Shown here: positions 39,363-53,309 of the stretch, one piece after another | Numbering within the stretch: position 1 is the stretch's first letter | How the letters are laid out: each line of letters starts with the position of its first letter | From: Lytechinus pictus | Taxonomy: Eukaryota | Direction of reading: 5' to 3' | Assembly: GCF_037042905.1 (NCBI RefSeq) | Contig: NC_087251.1 | Span: 46,068,001 to 46,132,000 of the forward strand | Length of the DNA: 64,000 nt | Program-made: the position numbers and the translations under genes | The notes under the pieces: model-generated | Database searches by the model: none | What the model saw: the letters and a program-made list of their open reading frames with translations, nothing else | Told to the model about the DNA's origin: nothing

Positions 39363-40095
39363 ACAGGCTTCCATCATGAAGGTCTACTACCTTCATCACA
39401 GTCGCTGTAGAGACCATAGAGCAATTGATGGCTGGATGGACTGATTGATGATTAAACAAAACTTTCTGAGTCATCAGGCCTTCCCCTTCTTTAAAAACTC
39501 ATCAGGATTTTCCACCGGCATGGGCATGAATCAGTGGACACGGGCCGACGGACTCTAATCTTCCCGTCAGCTTCGCCCACAATAACGCATGTCTGGGAAA
39601 CCTTGTCCCAGTTTTTAGCGAGCTATGCTGTTGCAATGTTTAATTATCCTACCCTGACTCATGTCTCCTAACCCAGATATTGCCATTGCATTATATGGTC
39701 TATTAATCCATTACATATTGATTGGGGAGGTTAGAGGCCAGTGCACATTTCTGCAAGAGCATCAAATTAGATAAATAGAGCTATAAAATGTAGTACAGTA
39801 TGTTCAGTGTAAACAGTACCTCTAACTTAAATACTTATTTCATTGTGATGATCATATAAATGAAATTGACGGCAAACCTCATCATAATGCCATTCCTGAT
39901 CCATACAATTATAAGGACAGATGAGAAACCAATATGATAAGATTTTTCTTAATTTCTGCATTCACACAAAACATTCTACAAGTAGTTAAGTTGAGTTACC
40001 AATTTAAGAATAGTGTATGTGATGTAAACTACACAAAAACATTAATGCAATCAATATGATTTCAGAAATAACTTTGTCGAACACACAACACTCAC

Positions 40096-40188
40096 CTGTA
40101 GAATTAGCTGATCTCTTCGTTTCTGAACAACATTGATGAGTTCATCAAACTTTGCAACAAGGCTAGCTTCAAAATCAACACTACTCTC
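40096..40188 (-). CDS. TRIM9: TRIM9/67-like exon, coiled coil (ESSVDFEASLVAKFDELINVVQKRRDQLILQ)
   Basis: 93 nt, gtcttcag|GAG...CAG|gtgagt. Phase 0 to 0; resembles the E..V.FEA.LVA..D.LI segment of TRIM9. Confidence 0.92.
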
Positions 40189-40797
40189 CTGAAGACATAC
40201 ATGAGAAATAAACAAAAAAACATAGTGAGGTACATTCGCAAAAAGAGAAGAGCAAAATACAAAATGGGTAAGCACAGAAATACAATGACAATGTCTATCT
40301 GACTGTCAGACGAAAAGCATATCATTTTTGTTCAGTTACTCATAAATGTTTGAAATATATTTTACTACCATAGAGAATTAAGAAAAAGATCTTGGCTGTA
40401 AAGTAGAAATCCTACATCGGAAGCAAAAGAATAAATGACTTAAAACTCATATACTCAGTCCAGTGTTGGCCTTGTATCCATGAAGCAAATAATTATCTTT
40501 GGTTAAAGTAATGAGACAAATTATCATTTCCAAATCGATAATGAAGCTAATCTTCAGAATTAAAGCCAATGAAATTCATATCGCCAAGGAAGTGATGATA
40601 TGTTGCAGCCACTGAAACCAAACCAACAATAGGTGATTATTTGTTTCATATCGGTAAAAATAGGAAACTTGAAAGTTCACCAAAACGCTACACACAATCT
40701 TGTATTTGATGGAAAAAATTTCACTTTACATGTATCATGTGATTCAATTTTGACCATTGATTCTTTTATGTGGAATATGATTTGAGAGATATCTTAC

Positions 40798-40893
40798 CTG
40801 CACTTGGTCTATAGTGTTCTTCAGATGAACCAGGAAGTCTTTGGCACTCTTGGCTTTCTCTGATAATGATGTCAATGCCTGGGAAAGCTCCGT
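40798..40893 (-). CDS. TRIM9: TRIM9/67-like exon, start of coiled coil (TELSQALTSLSEKAKSAKDFLVHLKNTIDQVQ)
   Basis: 96 nt, cttttgttttag|ACG...CAG|gtaaga. LSQAL..LS..AK.AK.FLV.L matches the post-B-box exon of TRIM9/67. Confidence 0.93.
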
Positions 40894-40982
40894 CTAAAAC
40901 AAAAGAAAAGACAAAAATGTGAAGCTTATTTTATTGATACATAATTAATTACTAAGTTACTTATTATAAACAACATAGCAGT

Positions 40983-41137
40983 GCCTCGTTGCATAAGAGT
41001 TACTATAAAAGTAACTTTGTCATACAATGGTAACTACCATGGTAACCATGCTAATCAGCCAATCAGAATCAAGGATTTCTGGAAGTTACCATTGGATTGC
41101 AAAGTTACCATCATACTAACTTTTAAGCAATGGGGCC
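40983..41137. mobile_element. Short MITE related to the ccttgattctgattggct family
   Basis: gcctcgttgcataagagtta ... taacttttaagcaatggggcc; core agccaatcagaatcaaggattt. Confidence 0.6.
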
Positions 41138-44106
41138 CTGGTGGTAATCTAATGTATATCTCTAAGTTAACAAGGACTTTGTTTCATTTTATTAATTGTA
41201 CGATTTCTCTATACATTTTTCTGCATCAGAGTAAAATCATGATAACAAATATGGATTTATAAATCAAAAAGTAGATTTTTGCTGTTGTTGTTTTTGCACG
41301 ATATGTAAACAAGACAAATGTCCATTTATAGACAATATGTAAATACTCATACTTATACAAGAATCTCTCTATGTGCTTTAGAAGAAAGAAAATTACATGT
41401 ATAATCATGAATTTTAACAAAATATTTGTAAAAAATTACGAAACCAATCGTGAAGGAATAATTTCGAACAGAAATATCACATCGGGACAAAAAGAACACA
41501 AGTGTTGGGGGACAGAAGTACGGTAGTTGTTTATCTCATCCACTGTCTCCCAGCACTGCTTAGTATTCTAGCCATGTTTCCCCACTCAAGATCTTGAGAG
41601 ACAATGGTTAATGGTCTCCTGTCAGGGATTCCCAGAGGCACCTGTCATACAAAGAGCCCTAAACAAGCAAGCTGGTTTCAACTTGTTACTCTTCAACCCC
41701 GTACATAAGACCGTGTGCCCTTCCGGGGGTTAGGCGCATGACAAGAATGAACTAAATACATGCATGGTGGTGTAGAAATGGGGGGCGTGACATGGGTAAA
41801 GTTCCCCATGCATTCCCAGATTAAATGGACATGATGAAAATGAGAAATGACTAGTCAAACAATAAGTAATTTGAAATGATAATTTGCTCACCAAGAAAGG
41901 ACAATATCTATGCATTTATATGCAGTTATTTAAGAAAAGGACTTTAAAAGTAGTCACCCCCCCTGACAATCATCATAGGAACTTCACTGCCGGATCGATT
42001 GCAGGACTGATGCAGCGCCACTAAACCTGATACCCGAGAGAGGGTATCTATTTTTGATTTGCAACTGTCCTTGAGAAATTTTCACTTTGGCAATACCATA
42101 TGAACCTTGCAAGCGCAAGAAACCCAGTGGGAACCTGTTGATGTCATCACCATTCAAGTATAATTTTGTGTTAAGAGAACACATGTATATGCAAGCCATG
42201 TCATTGCAATATATATTTCTGAAAGATTTTATCTATATACAGTGTAGTTTGGGACGGAGTCAAAACAAGTCAAGAAATAAGATAATATTCCTCATTCCCT
42301 TCTATCTTGACTCTGAAATATTGTTTTAAGTTGATGTCACACTCAAATTTTACTACATGACAGTCTACATCTGGGACTACAATATACATATATTCAATTG
42401 TAAAAAAGTTTGGCCATGAAGCCAAGATGTTAGAAAAACATACAGATCCAATAAGAAAGCTCTGTTTTTCATCTAAGAAGACAACATAAACTTAGAATTA
42501 TGTGGGTTTTACTTTTAACACAAAAAATAGCTAGCTATCCACTTTCTTCTTTATGAATACAACAAATTTACATGAAAACAAATTAGCCTACTTGCGACCA
42601 TTGCATCAGATACCGAGGCTTGATAACTTATTCAAATTGGACTGATACACCGTACATGTATACTGCACTGAAAATCAATAGCAAGTTAGAAAGGGAAACT
42701 TTACGGTCAGTTCCTACAAGGGCCACATCTACCCCGAGTAGAATACGGCGATTGCTGTCAGAAAAAAGGAGTTGCTTTATAGGAAGAGTTCCATTGACCT
42801 ACATCCACATAGTATCAGATTCATCTGAAGCAAACCTGTTCATATCAGCAAAATGTGCGAACACTACATTATCAATGGCATCATCGGTTAGGCAATATGC
42901 TTTGTGATTGTCCACTATTCATGATAGATGTCCATAAAAGATTTTCAATTATTCAAAACATGTTCTGCAGTAATAACATTTGACTATCAAAACTCTTGGT
43001 CATGTCACTTCTGCTGCAAATACTCTTCAAACTGATCAGTAATTAAAGAATAGTTTTGCACACCAATCAGCACTTTCATGCTCTTTGAAAACTACAACCC
43101 ATATACTTTTCTCCTTTGGTTGTTTCATTCTCATTTATTTTTTTAAATCTTTTTTATACTCATATACATATACCCTTTTATTTACTCATTCATTTGTTGG
43201 TTTTATTCATTGACTCATTATCAATCTATTCATTTATTCATAATTTATTTCTGATATTCAGACAGTCTTTGATTCAAGTAAAAGAGATACATGTATGTCA
43301 CGATCTTCACCTCTTGGCTTTTCTTAAATGTTGAACTACTTTGTAGAAACTTTCTTATCAAACCATAAGTTTGTTTTTATCATTGAGGACCCAACAACAT
43401 TTGAAACAGGTAAAACTGATATGACTATTCATTTGCTGTATAGTAGGCCATCTTAGATTGGTATTCATTTTTCCTTCATGATTATGTAGCACATTTTGTA
43501 AACAGCCAACTTTTACAAGCTACCAAGATTTTCATTTTAAACTTTAAAACAAAAACACCCCCGCCCCCCATAATAACAGGACCCAAAAACATCATTCAGT
43601 GGTCCCTTTCACACAATGTACTTCCTGCTGCTGCTGGAAGCATATTTCCATATACAATAACAGCATATTCAGCAACTCCTGGCAGATATGAACACAACTT
43701 CAGATACTGCTGCAGAAAAGCCACAAACAAGGTAACCTGAGGTGCCAAGTCAGTCAAGTGTTGCCCATCTGCATACATACATTAAATCAATAGGTTGGGA
43801 TGGGTAGCATACGACACGAAGCAAAAGTATTAAAGATTCAAATTCAGCTCACTAAAATCACTACAAATACAATATGAAATTTGATGAATGGTATAGATTG
43901 ATTGAGTAATACAGATCTGCCAACCTGAACAAGAAAATTTCAGTATTTTAAAAGCTGAAAAATCAGCATTTTGGTGAGAGAATAAGAATTTTTAAAGAAA
44001 TACCGTAGGACATTTCATAAAACTAAACTTCAGAAATCAGTATTTTACATGAAACCATCAGTATACTCATTGTTCAGTAAGTACTACGTTGGGAGCTCTG
44101 GTTATA

Positions 44107-44320
44107 CACTCTAAAAACAAATCAGTCAAAAATGACTAGTAAATAGGGTCAGCAGGGTGCAACTGTTATTCTAGTCATATTTGACTATTTTCTAGTCATA
44201 TTTTACTAGAACAGACTTATTTCTGACAAGAATATATGTCAGAAATGTCAGTGATGGTCATATCAGTTGCACCCAGATGACTACTGGTCTAGTCAATTTG
44301 ACTGGTTTGTTTTAAGAGTG
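44107..44320. mobile_element. MITE (CAC..GTG termini, TA flanks)
   Basis: TA|cactctaaaaacaaatcagtcaaaaatgactag ... ctagtcaatttgactggtttgttttaagagtg|TA. Confidence 0.8.
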
Positions 44321-47300
44321 TATTTCTTGAAGTTCACTTATTACTGGATCATTCACCTCTACCTTTTTTCATTAAATGAAGAGACAAGGGAAGAGAAAGG
44401 GATGAAGTACCATCATCTGAAAGTGACTTTAAATTTGTGATTGTAAGGCATTCTCTTCATGAAGTACAGTGTCATAAAGGCATTTTAATATTATGAGTGG
44501 ATTTCCTTTTCATTCAAATAATAAGTGACTATCTTGTTTCAAAGTGTAAGTTCTGTTGAATTATTAGTTATATTTTTCAGGTTTCCATTATTATTGAAAC
44601 ATCAAAAGTGTTTTCTCTGTAGCCCTATTAAGTCATTATTAAATCTAAAATGCAACTTGTCTTTTATACCTGAAGAGTGTATGTATGGGCAGAGATATTC
44701 ATTGAAATCTAAGAACTAGATATTAAACATGGAGAACCTAAGACAATCACTCTTTATATTCAATCAATATAACTCACTCCTTAAATCACTCTGAAGACAT
44801 GTTAAGGTGCGCTCTCTAAAAGAATCAAAAGACAAAGAGACTATTAAAGAATCAAGATATCTGATGCCTAATGCAAGAAGGCTGAGCCCGTCTCAGCCAT
44901 CTTGCAGACTAGCCCTGAGGACTAACCCATGGTAACCGAGAATGGTGGATCTATTAATCTCAGGCAAGGACAGTATACTAGGAAGGAATCAGCTGAAGGC
45001 AGGCAGCTGACAGGTATACGTGGGACTGAGGAAACCAGTATCGCGAGGTAATAATGGATGAGTTAACATAGTCTACATGTACATGTAGGGACAAATTCTC
45101 CCTTGCCACAATAAGATTTTAAAGAATAAGATAGAGATAAATAGATAAAGATAAAAGGTTTTTTTTTGTTCTCCCTTGCCAGAATAAGATTTGAAATGAA
45201 TAAAGAAAAGATAAAGAAAAGAAAAACTCTGCCTTGCCGAAATAAGAATGGGAATAGATGAATAACAATACTGAATGAAATAGAATGATTAATGAAGAGA
45301 AAAAATTTAATGACAAATAATGAACTAGACAACTAAAAGGAAAATATTTTTTTAAAGAAACATATATAGACAAACAACATGAGCAAAATACTTCACGAAT
45401 GTGAATAGTCCTTATCAAACACATTTATGATACCATTACACCCACACCTCCAGTTAAAAACAACCATAAAACACTTTAACATACTTTAATACACACATGT
45501 GCATGTGTTAAAGTACACCTCGCTATCTCATGCAGATGTGAACATGTTACATTGTGTTTCTTCCTCTGACATTATGTGTGTAAAGAATGTTATGTTGTAA
45601 CAATGTCATTCTAAGTGGAAATATATAGGTCACAGCTCTTTACATTCAACAAAGTCATCTAAAAGTACTATAATTATTTTACTTGCTTGTATATACAGGG
45701 AATACTCGGCACGAGGCTACAAATTAAACCCATGGTCTTAACTCTTAATCTATATTCTAATCTAATTGAAATTAAACAGAGTTGGTTCTATCTGGTTATT
45801 TTCAGCAAAACACTGCTCTTAAAAACATAACCACAAACTACACAATCCTTATAAGGAATTCCCATAATTATGCATTCAGCAGGCCAAAAAGAATCTGATT
45901 TCTTGGTGGTTCCAAGTAAATATACGGTCAGGATATGGGGTTGTGGGGAAGTAAATTCTTACATTAACAACAACACAGAAAAGAGGTGTTTTTGGATGCA
46001 TTTTATGCACCTAACCTCATTAAATTCAGCAGAGCGAGAGAAGTTCCATTTTCTGGTCATTTCAAGTGGCTCTCCGTGTAGCCCTCTTCTTAGAACAAAA
46101 TGCCACCAGGGAACAGCTACCAGAGGCCAATTCATTCACAAGATGAGCAAAGGTGTGAAAGTATAAATAACCAGGTGAATTTTTAGTGCTTCTCCCCAGG
46201 TGTGGGGGCTCGGTAGAGGGGGATGTGGATCGGAATGTGGGGCAAATTGGAAATCTGGCCTGCGACGCATCCACGGATATCCATTCTGTGTCTCACAGAA
46301 AATTTGTTTAACCATGAATTATGGAGGGACCAACACATCTTGCTTGTTTAGTGAGATTTATTTTTGTCTTAAATGTCAAAGTAAAGTACAAAATAATGAT
46401 TTATCACGTGTTTATGACAGAATGTGAGCATGGTGTGAGCTTCTTTTCACTTTCTAATTGTATCAGCATCTGCAAGAATCTTCAACCCTGAAGGAGGCAG
46501 ATGTAACCTGAAAAAGAAGGGGGAGGGGGTGATACCGCTAATTAAACAATAAAAAATCTCAAATTTGAAAGCAGCAAGAGAATACAATGTGAAATACCTC
46601 TGTTCTACATGTACCTCATCTTTGTATTGGAACAACAAAGGTGATTTACTTATTGAGAGAACTAGTAAATTTATCTCTACTTAAATTCTGTTGATACTTA
46701 GCAATCAATTACTGTTGATATACAGGTAATCTTCATGCTAACATATCAAATTATATTGGTATTTGGTAAGTTGCCAATAGCATACAGGGGTGTAAGAAAT
46801 GTAATGATTAACAGTTGAAATCTAACCAGCCAAGGATAAATACCTGCAATGTATCATCAATACTTTGGTTTGTGTTTGTAATAATCAATAGATTATTCCA
46901 CCTTTGACATCATTCAAGCAATTACTATTTGTTTTCAATAGATAGAACTGCTTTTTACGCTAGGTCTTCAATACAGATTGATTCGGGGGTATTTCATCCT
47001 TCCAAAAGGTTCACAATCGCTGTTTATTACTTGGCACCCATAATGATTCGGCCTTGTAATAAAGCAAACTGCGACCCCCATTACATGAAAAATATATCAC
47101 TGTAACTTTGCCACCCAATAACTACCACAGAAATGAATGCTCAACAGCCAATCAAAATCAAGGATCACATCGAAGAGTTATTATAATGTGCAACAGGGCC
47201 CAGTCCAGTTACAAAGGTGTAAGTTTATATCTCTCTTCTTCTTCAAAACAATAAAGGCATTAGTCCGTGTAAGGCGTATGAGTGGCTGGAAACCATTTGA

Positions 47301-47839
47301 GCAGACGATACATGTCATCATACGTATGCCACAAGAGCGGACCAATTGGTGGGCTGGTGACACACTGGTGGATACAGAGCTAATCCTCCAGGAGCGGCTA
47401 AGGTATTGCATGATGATGGAAGCGATAGGAGGTCATGACGAGTAAAGACACTGCATGGCCATAGGGATTACACTGAGGTGCCGTGTTGGTAAACTGATAG
47501 GAAGATGCGGCAAGAAAGATGAGCAACACTGACTAGACATAAAAGCAACAACTCGTGAATAAGTGCAGCTAACTTGGAGGTTTACTGGGTTGCTCCTTTA
47601 AAGCCTTAAGAACTTTCTGTGAAGTTTATTCAGGTTCTTCACTCAAAAGTAAGATAAAAGTGAGTTAAATTTGTTAGAATTATAGAAGCTTATTCAACTT
47701 GTCTGTGGATTTATCTATGAATTCATTCATTCTAAGTCTTTCTGACAATATTCACCTTTTATCAGATTGAAATTCATTATACTCTATTTATTGTTGTAGT
47801 CTATATGTTGAATCTGAACTTGCCTTGATTAGTAATAAC

Positions 47840-48068
47840 ATAATAATAATATAACACATAACATAGTGCACATATCTTCCATGGTACATAGGTGCTCACA
47901 GCTTTTTGAATTACTTCCCGCCGGTACCCATTCACCTCACCTGGGTTGAGTGCAGCACATTGTGGATCAATTTCTTGCTGAAGGAAATTACGCCATGGCT
48001 GGGATTCAAATCCACAGCCCTCTATTTCAAAGTCCACATCCTTATCCGCTGGGCCACAATAACACTCC
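47840..48068 (-). mobile_element. Near full-length tRNA-derived SINE
   Basis: gtggcccagcggataag ... ggatttgaatcccagcc ... cttcagcaagaaatt ... cactcaacccaggtgaggtgaatgggtacc ... (TAT)n tail. Confidence 0.8.
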
Positions 48069-49484
48069 ATTGTAGTAATTACTGAAATATTAAACTTTTG
48101 CTCTCAACACACTGGAAAATTTACCTCGAAATTGCCAACATTCCAGTACAGCCTTTATCAACAATCTACCTTAGATTCCACAAGTATATGCTAAAAAAAG
48201 GTTAGTCTTAATAATACAAAATAACAATAACTTCATTTATAAGGCAGTTACAGATGTTTCTAAGTGTTTGAACATCCCCCTCCTTCCGAGAAATCAATAT
48301 GTAAACAATCTTATGGATCTATGAATTCAATTTGTTATCAGAGTTATGGAAAGATGAAATCATCAAGGCATTAATAAACCGCAAGCTGCATTCCAGTCTG
48401 CCTGCATGTGATTAGTATCCTTATTCCTTTGATTCCTTCAACCCAGGTTTATTGGATTGCGGTTGATAGATTTCATGCAAATGTTACCACTAAAGACAAA
48501 CTACTGCTTCCTTTAGAAGCAACATTATCGATCATAGTGGCAGTTGATTCCACACGATTAGCCCCCGGACAAAAAAGAAAAAAAGCCTGCTTGCAGTATG
48601 CTCATATTTTCAAAAGACTGAGACTCTTTGAGTTTTTAACCTGGGAATGATTCACCCTTAGTTTACTTTTAATATTTATTTGTTTGACATATTGTATTTT
48701 GTTTTAAATGTGGCAATTTAAATACCCGGTTTAAATGTAGCATTTTGTTTCACCATGTATTAATTTGTTAAACAGTGCATCTACTGAAGAAGCTACCCTG
48801 TGTGCAAAGAATAAATAAATTTCAAAAAGCTTTGAAACATTACAAATCAAATCACAGATCACTTAACAATTAAAATCTTCAATCTACATTGAAAAAATAT
48901 AATCTTGAGCCAGAATCAGACGTTCATATTGTTTTGGGTTAGTATTAGGTCACTGTGTAATTTTGCTTTGTATATCATTTAATGCCATTATTTTTGTAAT
49001 TATTTATTATATGTTATATATTGTTCTTTGTATACCAACAGCCGGAATATGATTTTTATGCCAATGTAATTTCTTTTTGTTTTGAGCATGACAATAAATT
49101 TTGAATATCTGATCTGATATCTGTTCTTGTAAAATTTCAAGACCGGTGTCCATGCACTATAGACATATAAAGTTACTTATCCTAGCCCTAGGTCCCCCTA
49201 GGCATTGGTGTTGTGTGCGAGAGGTACCAATCTGGCACACTTCAAAGTCATGACTCACCATCTTCAAGATGTCAATATGTGCAGAATATTAGCTTTTCAT
49301 GCACAGTCAAGAGCAATAATTGTTTTCAAACTGCGTGCAAGCCAGTTTCCCCTACAAACCACAAAGTCCCTGACTACCTACTGTACATGCAAAGTACAGG
49401 TTTCTATTTCTGAAATATTCCATGGTTTGGTAGGATCAAACAAGAAATTTGAAGCAAAAAAAATTGTTAAATTCATAAGAACTA

Positions 49485-49702
49485 CACAGTAAAAGGAATG
49501 TTTATAATGTTATACATTATTGTTTGCTATATGAACTTAACAGTTGTTGTTTAACATCCATGCTTAATTTATTGAAGATTGATATTACAAATTAAACTTT
49601 GTTGTTTAAGATTTTGAAACACTTGTTTGAATGGTTAAACAACTTCTTAAAATATAAAGTTAAAAGAATTGTAAAAACATATTAAACAGCATTTTTACAG
49701 TG
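49485..49702. mobile_element. AT-rich MITE (CAC..GTG termini, TA flanks)
   Basis: TA|cacagtaaaaggaatgtttataatgtt ... aacatattaaacagcatttttacagtg|TA. Confidence 0.6.
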
Positions 49703-50069
49703 TAGTTTTCTCTGAATAACTGAAAATCAGTCTACTAATTTCATCAAATTTCTAATTGCGTGAAAGTTATGACAAATCTTTATATCTTAGTTTCTTTTGA
49801 CATTTTGAGATAAAGTTATTTTCTGATTTTCTTTATCTAAACTAAGTAAAACAGTCTGAAAAGATCCATTAGTGATTGGAATAAATAGAATATTTTACTT
49901 AAATTGAATGTTTTTGTTGAATTCGATAAACATTTCAATCATAGAATTCACCCTTAAAAAATGGAACGAAATTGTTATATTAGTGAACACACAAGGACAC
50001 CTTAGTTAATCATCCTTGCTTATTGTATGTTTAACCAACTACTGATGTTTTGAAGGTGACCATACCAAG

Positions 50070-50232
50070 AGGGTGTTTCATAAAGCTGTTCTTAAGTTAA
50101 GAAAGAATGACTGGTGCACCTTCCTTACACTCTAAAACCATCGTCAATGAACATTTTTGTGTATACCAATTATCACAAAAAGGATCACCAGTCGTTCTTA
50201 AAGTCATTCTTAATTAACAAACAGTAACACCC
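50070..50232. mobile_element. Short MITE
   Basis: gggtgtttcataaagctgttcttaagttaaga..gaatgactgg ... ccagtc..gtcattcttaattaacaaacag..acaccc. Confidence 0.55.
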
Positions 50233-51711
50233 ACCTGCTCTCACAGCTCTTTCGTTCCCTTAGAATTCCCATGCTTCTTTGCATCACTTTAAAACATTGG
50301 CCTTGACAAAATCTTGAAGATCTTTGTCATCTAACAGGACATTCGCTCGGGAAACAAACCCATAACTGACATTTTATACAAGATACAGAGAGATTGAGAG
50401 AATTAACATTATTACTTGGCCTTTACAATATGTACCTCAAAATATTCAGAATTAGAAGACATCTCATAAAACAGCTACAATTTCAAGTCATGGCATAAGA
50501 AGCAATCTTCTTTTATCTCAACAGTTCTTTCATTGAAACATGAAGATATCTTAACCTTTGACCGTATTTATTTACATATTACTGATGAAAATTACGAGGA
50601 AAATTTTAAATAATGGCAATGTACATCTTCACCTCCTGAGGAAGTGCTCTGTCAGATAATTTCACACAGAATATGCAGGAGAAATCCTTATATCTGCTTA
50701 CATCAGAATTTGTTTAACCATCCTATAAAGATGGCTCACCAAAAATTATGCACTGCAGCCACTGCCCAATAATTTGTTAGTGTTGACCAAAAGTTGGTTA
50801 AAATGGAATAGCATGCACATTGCACAATCATGCAGCTGGCATGCAAAATCTACAAGCCTGACTTTTCAGCAGTCCCCTCTATACCCAACCTTTTACCTAC
50901 CTATTGTACATCATGAACTCATTGTTTGTTTGTAGGATATAGACATAAATGAAATAAAATAAAATGACAATGAATTACAATTTTTTTCTAACCAACTTTT
51001 TGGTTGGTTTGGTGTTGGTTAAAGAAAATTTATGTGAGTGTAGTACTTCCTAAAAAGTTGGAATGCTCCTAAAGATGTGACTGTGTGTTGTTATCTACAG
51101 TAGATAGCAACATAGTAACACTCAACTTAATTCTCAACAAGTAATAAAGAGATCAGATAAGATTTATCCAATTTTCAAATTCGTAAAGTCTCTGATCTTG
51201 ATGACTTAAAACAGTTAATTCTATATTGACAAGGAAGGATACATATTGATTGTTTGTTTATTCTGTATTTCACTTATTTTATTTCCAAATTACCACTGGT
51301 CAACACAATTGCAAAATTAGTAGGATCACTAAAACAGTGGCAAAAAAACAAAATAACCTCTGAGAAATACATGCATCATTATTACGAATAAAAGTTCCAC
51401 AAGATTAATCTCTTACATGTAGATTTGATCACACAAAATAACAAGACTATATATATGGTTACCCTTAAAAAATCACAGTCCTGAAGTAACTAATACTCCA
51501 TTGGATAACACCATGAAAGGTCATATTCAGCAGCAACGCTGATTAAATAAAAGTACCAAATCTCCGCTCTCACAGCTTTACAAAATAAGGGACGCACTTA
51601 CTCATCTTACAGGTGAGCTCACTGTGTGTGTACGGGATGAACAGTGGCAGTTAAACAACCGTTGCATAAAAGTGGAATGATCATTTTTCTTGAATGAAAG
51701 AAACGACATAC

Positions 51712-51750
51712 CTTCATCTTGGCCATGTCTTGCGGAGTGGGATCCCCCAT
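51712..51750 (-). CDS. Candidate alternative first coding exon (MGDPTPQDMAKMK) of a RING/B-box-less TRIM9-like isoform
   Basis: gtaaacATGG Kozak context, 13 open codons, donor AAG|gtatgt in phase 0 matching the acceptor at 40893; CpG-rich block immediately upstream. Confidence 0.55.
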
Positions 51751-51829
51751 GTTTACCTAAAGGTAAATATATCTCATGAGATCAGCTCTGTGCCATTTTC
51801 CACAACAATAATCAAAGGATTGTTCTATT

Positions 51830-52280
51830 CGATGGGCGCATACGCCACCGCGGCCATACAGGCGGTGCAGCTGTGTAACGCACACGCGCGTGTGCAATCA
51901 CTGAGGGCAAATACGGCACACGGCGTCCACGTATACGTGTGAGGCTCAGGTTGAGTCGGCGGAAGGATGCGTTGCTATTCACGACCTCATCCCCCCCTTG
52001 CTGTTGATGATGATGATGCACTCGGACTCGGCCTGCTGCCGTCCCTGAATGCAAACATTAGCACTATTTGCGTTTGTGTGCTCATACACCGGGGGTATTC
52101 TCGCCAATTTGATGAGTAAGAGAGATGGGAGATGAGGAAGAAAAGAAAAAGGTTGAGCCAGCCGGAAGAGAGGATGATGGAGAGTGGATGCAGAGACTCC
52201 AGGGAGGGAACGCGGGTAAATGAATGCCAGGCGAGCCACCACAGTTGGTCTCTTCCCAATGAATTGTGATAAGAATGCCC
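51830..52280 (-). promoter_or_regulatory. CpG-rich candidate internal promoter / 5' UTR
   Basis: GC/CpG-rich island in an AT-rich intron. Inr-like TCAGT at 51900-51904 (minus strand), palindrome CACGTATACGTG about 30 nt upstream of it, and palindrome CACACGCGCGTGTG downstream. Confidence 0.45.
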
Positions 52281-52715
52281 CGGGCAATATTATGGTCGTA
52301 ATGGACGATTCAATTATGTTCTGAATGAGTCATCTTCCCTTTCTTCTTGCATGCTTTCATCTTTTACCTCCATGTTTTTCCCCCATCTCCTCTGGCCGTG
52401 AAACACAGAAGCAGCAACAGAAAAATTATTAATTCAGAGAAGTAGACAATTCCTCAAGGGAGTAGGTGCAAGCATGGCGGGTGTAAAAGGTGGTCAGAAG
52501 CAACAGCCCTATCCAAGCAAATCCCCTTTTGTACTTGGTCATGGCAATCATTCCAGTTCATTACCTTTAAGTTAGTATCCATATTGGACAAGTTAATCAG
52601 ACCATGTGAAACTCAGATCATAGCATTAGTTCAGGTTTAGTTCCCTTTATTATGCCATATCACTGATCAATACACTAACATGTGCATTTTCATACTGCTA
52701 TTGTTGCATTTTTAA

Positions 52716-53309
52716 AGGTCAAGTCCACCCCAGGAAAATGCTGACTTGAATAAATAGAGAAAAATCAAACTAGCATAGTGCTGAAAATTTCATCATAATC
52801 GGATGTAAAATAAGAAAGTTATGACATTTTTAAAGTTTTGCTTATTTTTCACAAAACAGTGATATGCACAACTACATGTAGGTGAGTCAGTCGATGATGT
52901 CCATCACTCACTATTTCTTTTGTTTTTTATTGTTTGAATTATACAATATTTCATTTTTTTTAGATATGACAATAAGGACCAACTTGATTGAACCATATAG
53001 TATTAAACAATGCTAATTCCACATGTTCAGGGACGAATTAATCGTTGTATCACTGACAATGAGGAGAAAATTAGAATATTTCATATAATAAAATACAAAA
53101 GAAATAGTGAGTGGATGACGTCATAGTCTCCTCATTTGCATATACCAGCCAGGATGTGCATATATTACTGTTTTGTGAAATTAAGCGAAACTTTGAAATG
53201 TCATAACTTTCTTATTTTACATCCGATTTTGATGAAATTTTCAGTGTTATGCTTGTTGGATTTTTCTCTTTTTATTCAAATCAACTTTTTGTTGGGGTGG
53301 ACTTGTCCT
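52716..53309. mobile_element. TTAA-target non-autonomous DNA transposon, intact 594-bp copy
   Basis: TTAA|AGGTCAAGTCCACCCC ... GGGGTGGACTTGTCCT|TTAA. Confidence 0.9.

Noticed and set aside
39480..39760. Possible LINE (RTE-like) C-terminal remnant on the minus strand
   Set aside because: Only faint resemblance (FPRHALLWAKLTGR); cannot be supported without a database search.
42570..43090. Coding-like composition with interrupted frames
   Set aside because: No recognisable protein motif; may be an old transposon fragment. Needs BLASTx.
48770..48825. Second hammerhead-like string ctgaagaagctaccctgtgtgcaaa
   Set aside because: Lacks an intact GAAA and stems; at most a decayed Penelope-like remnant.
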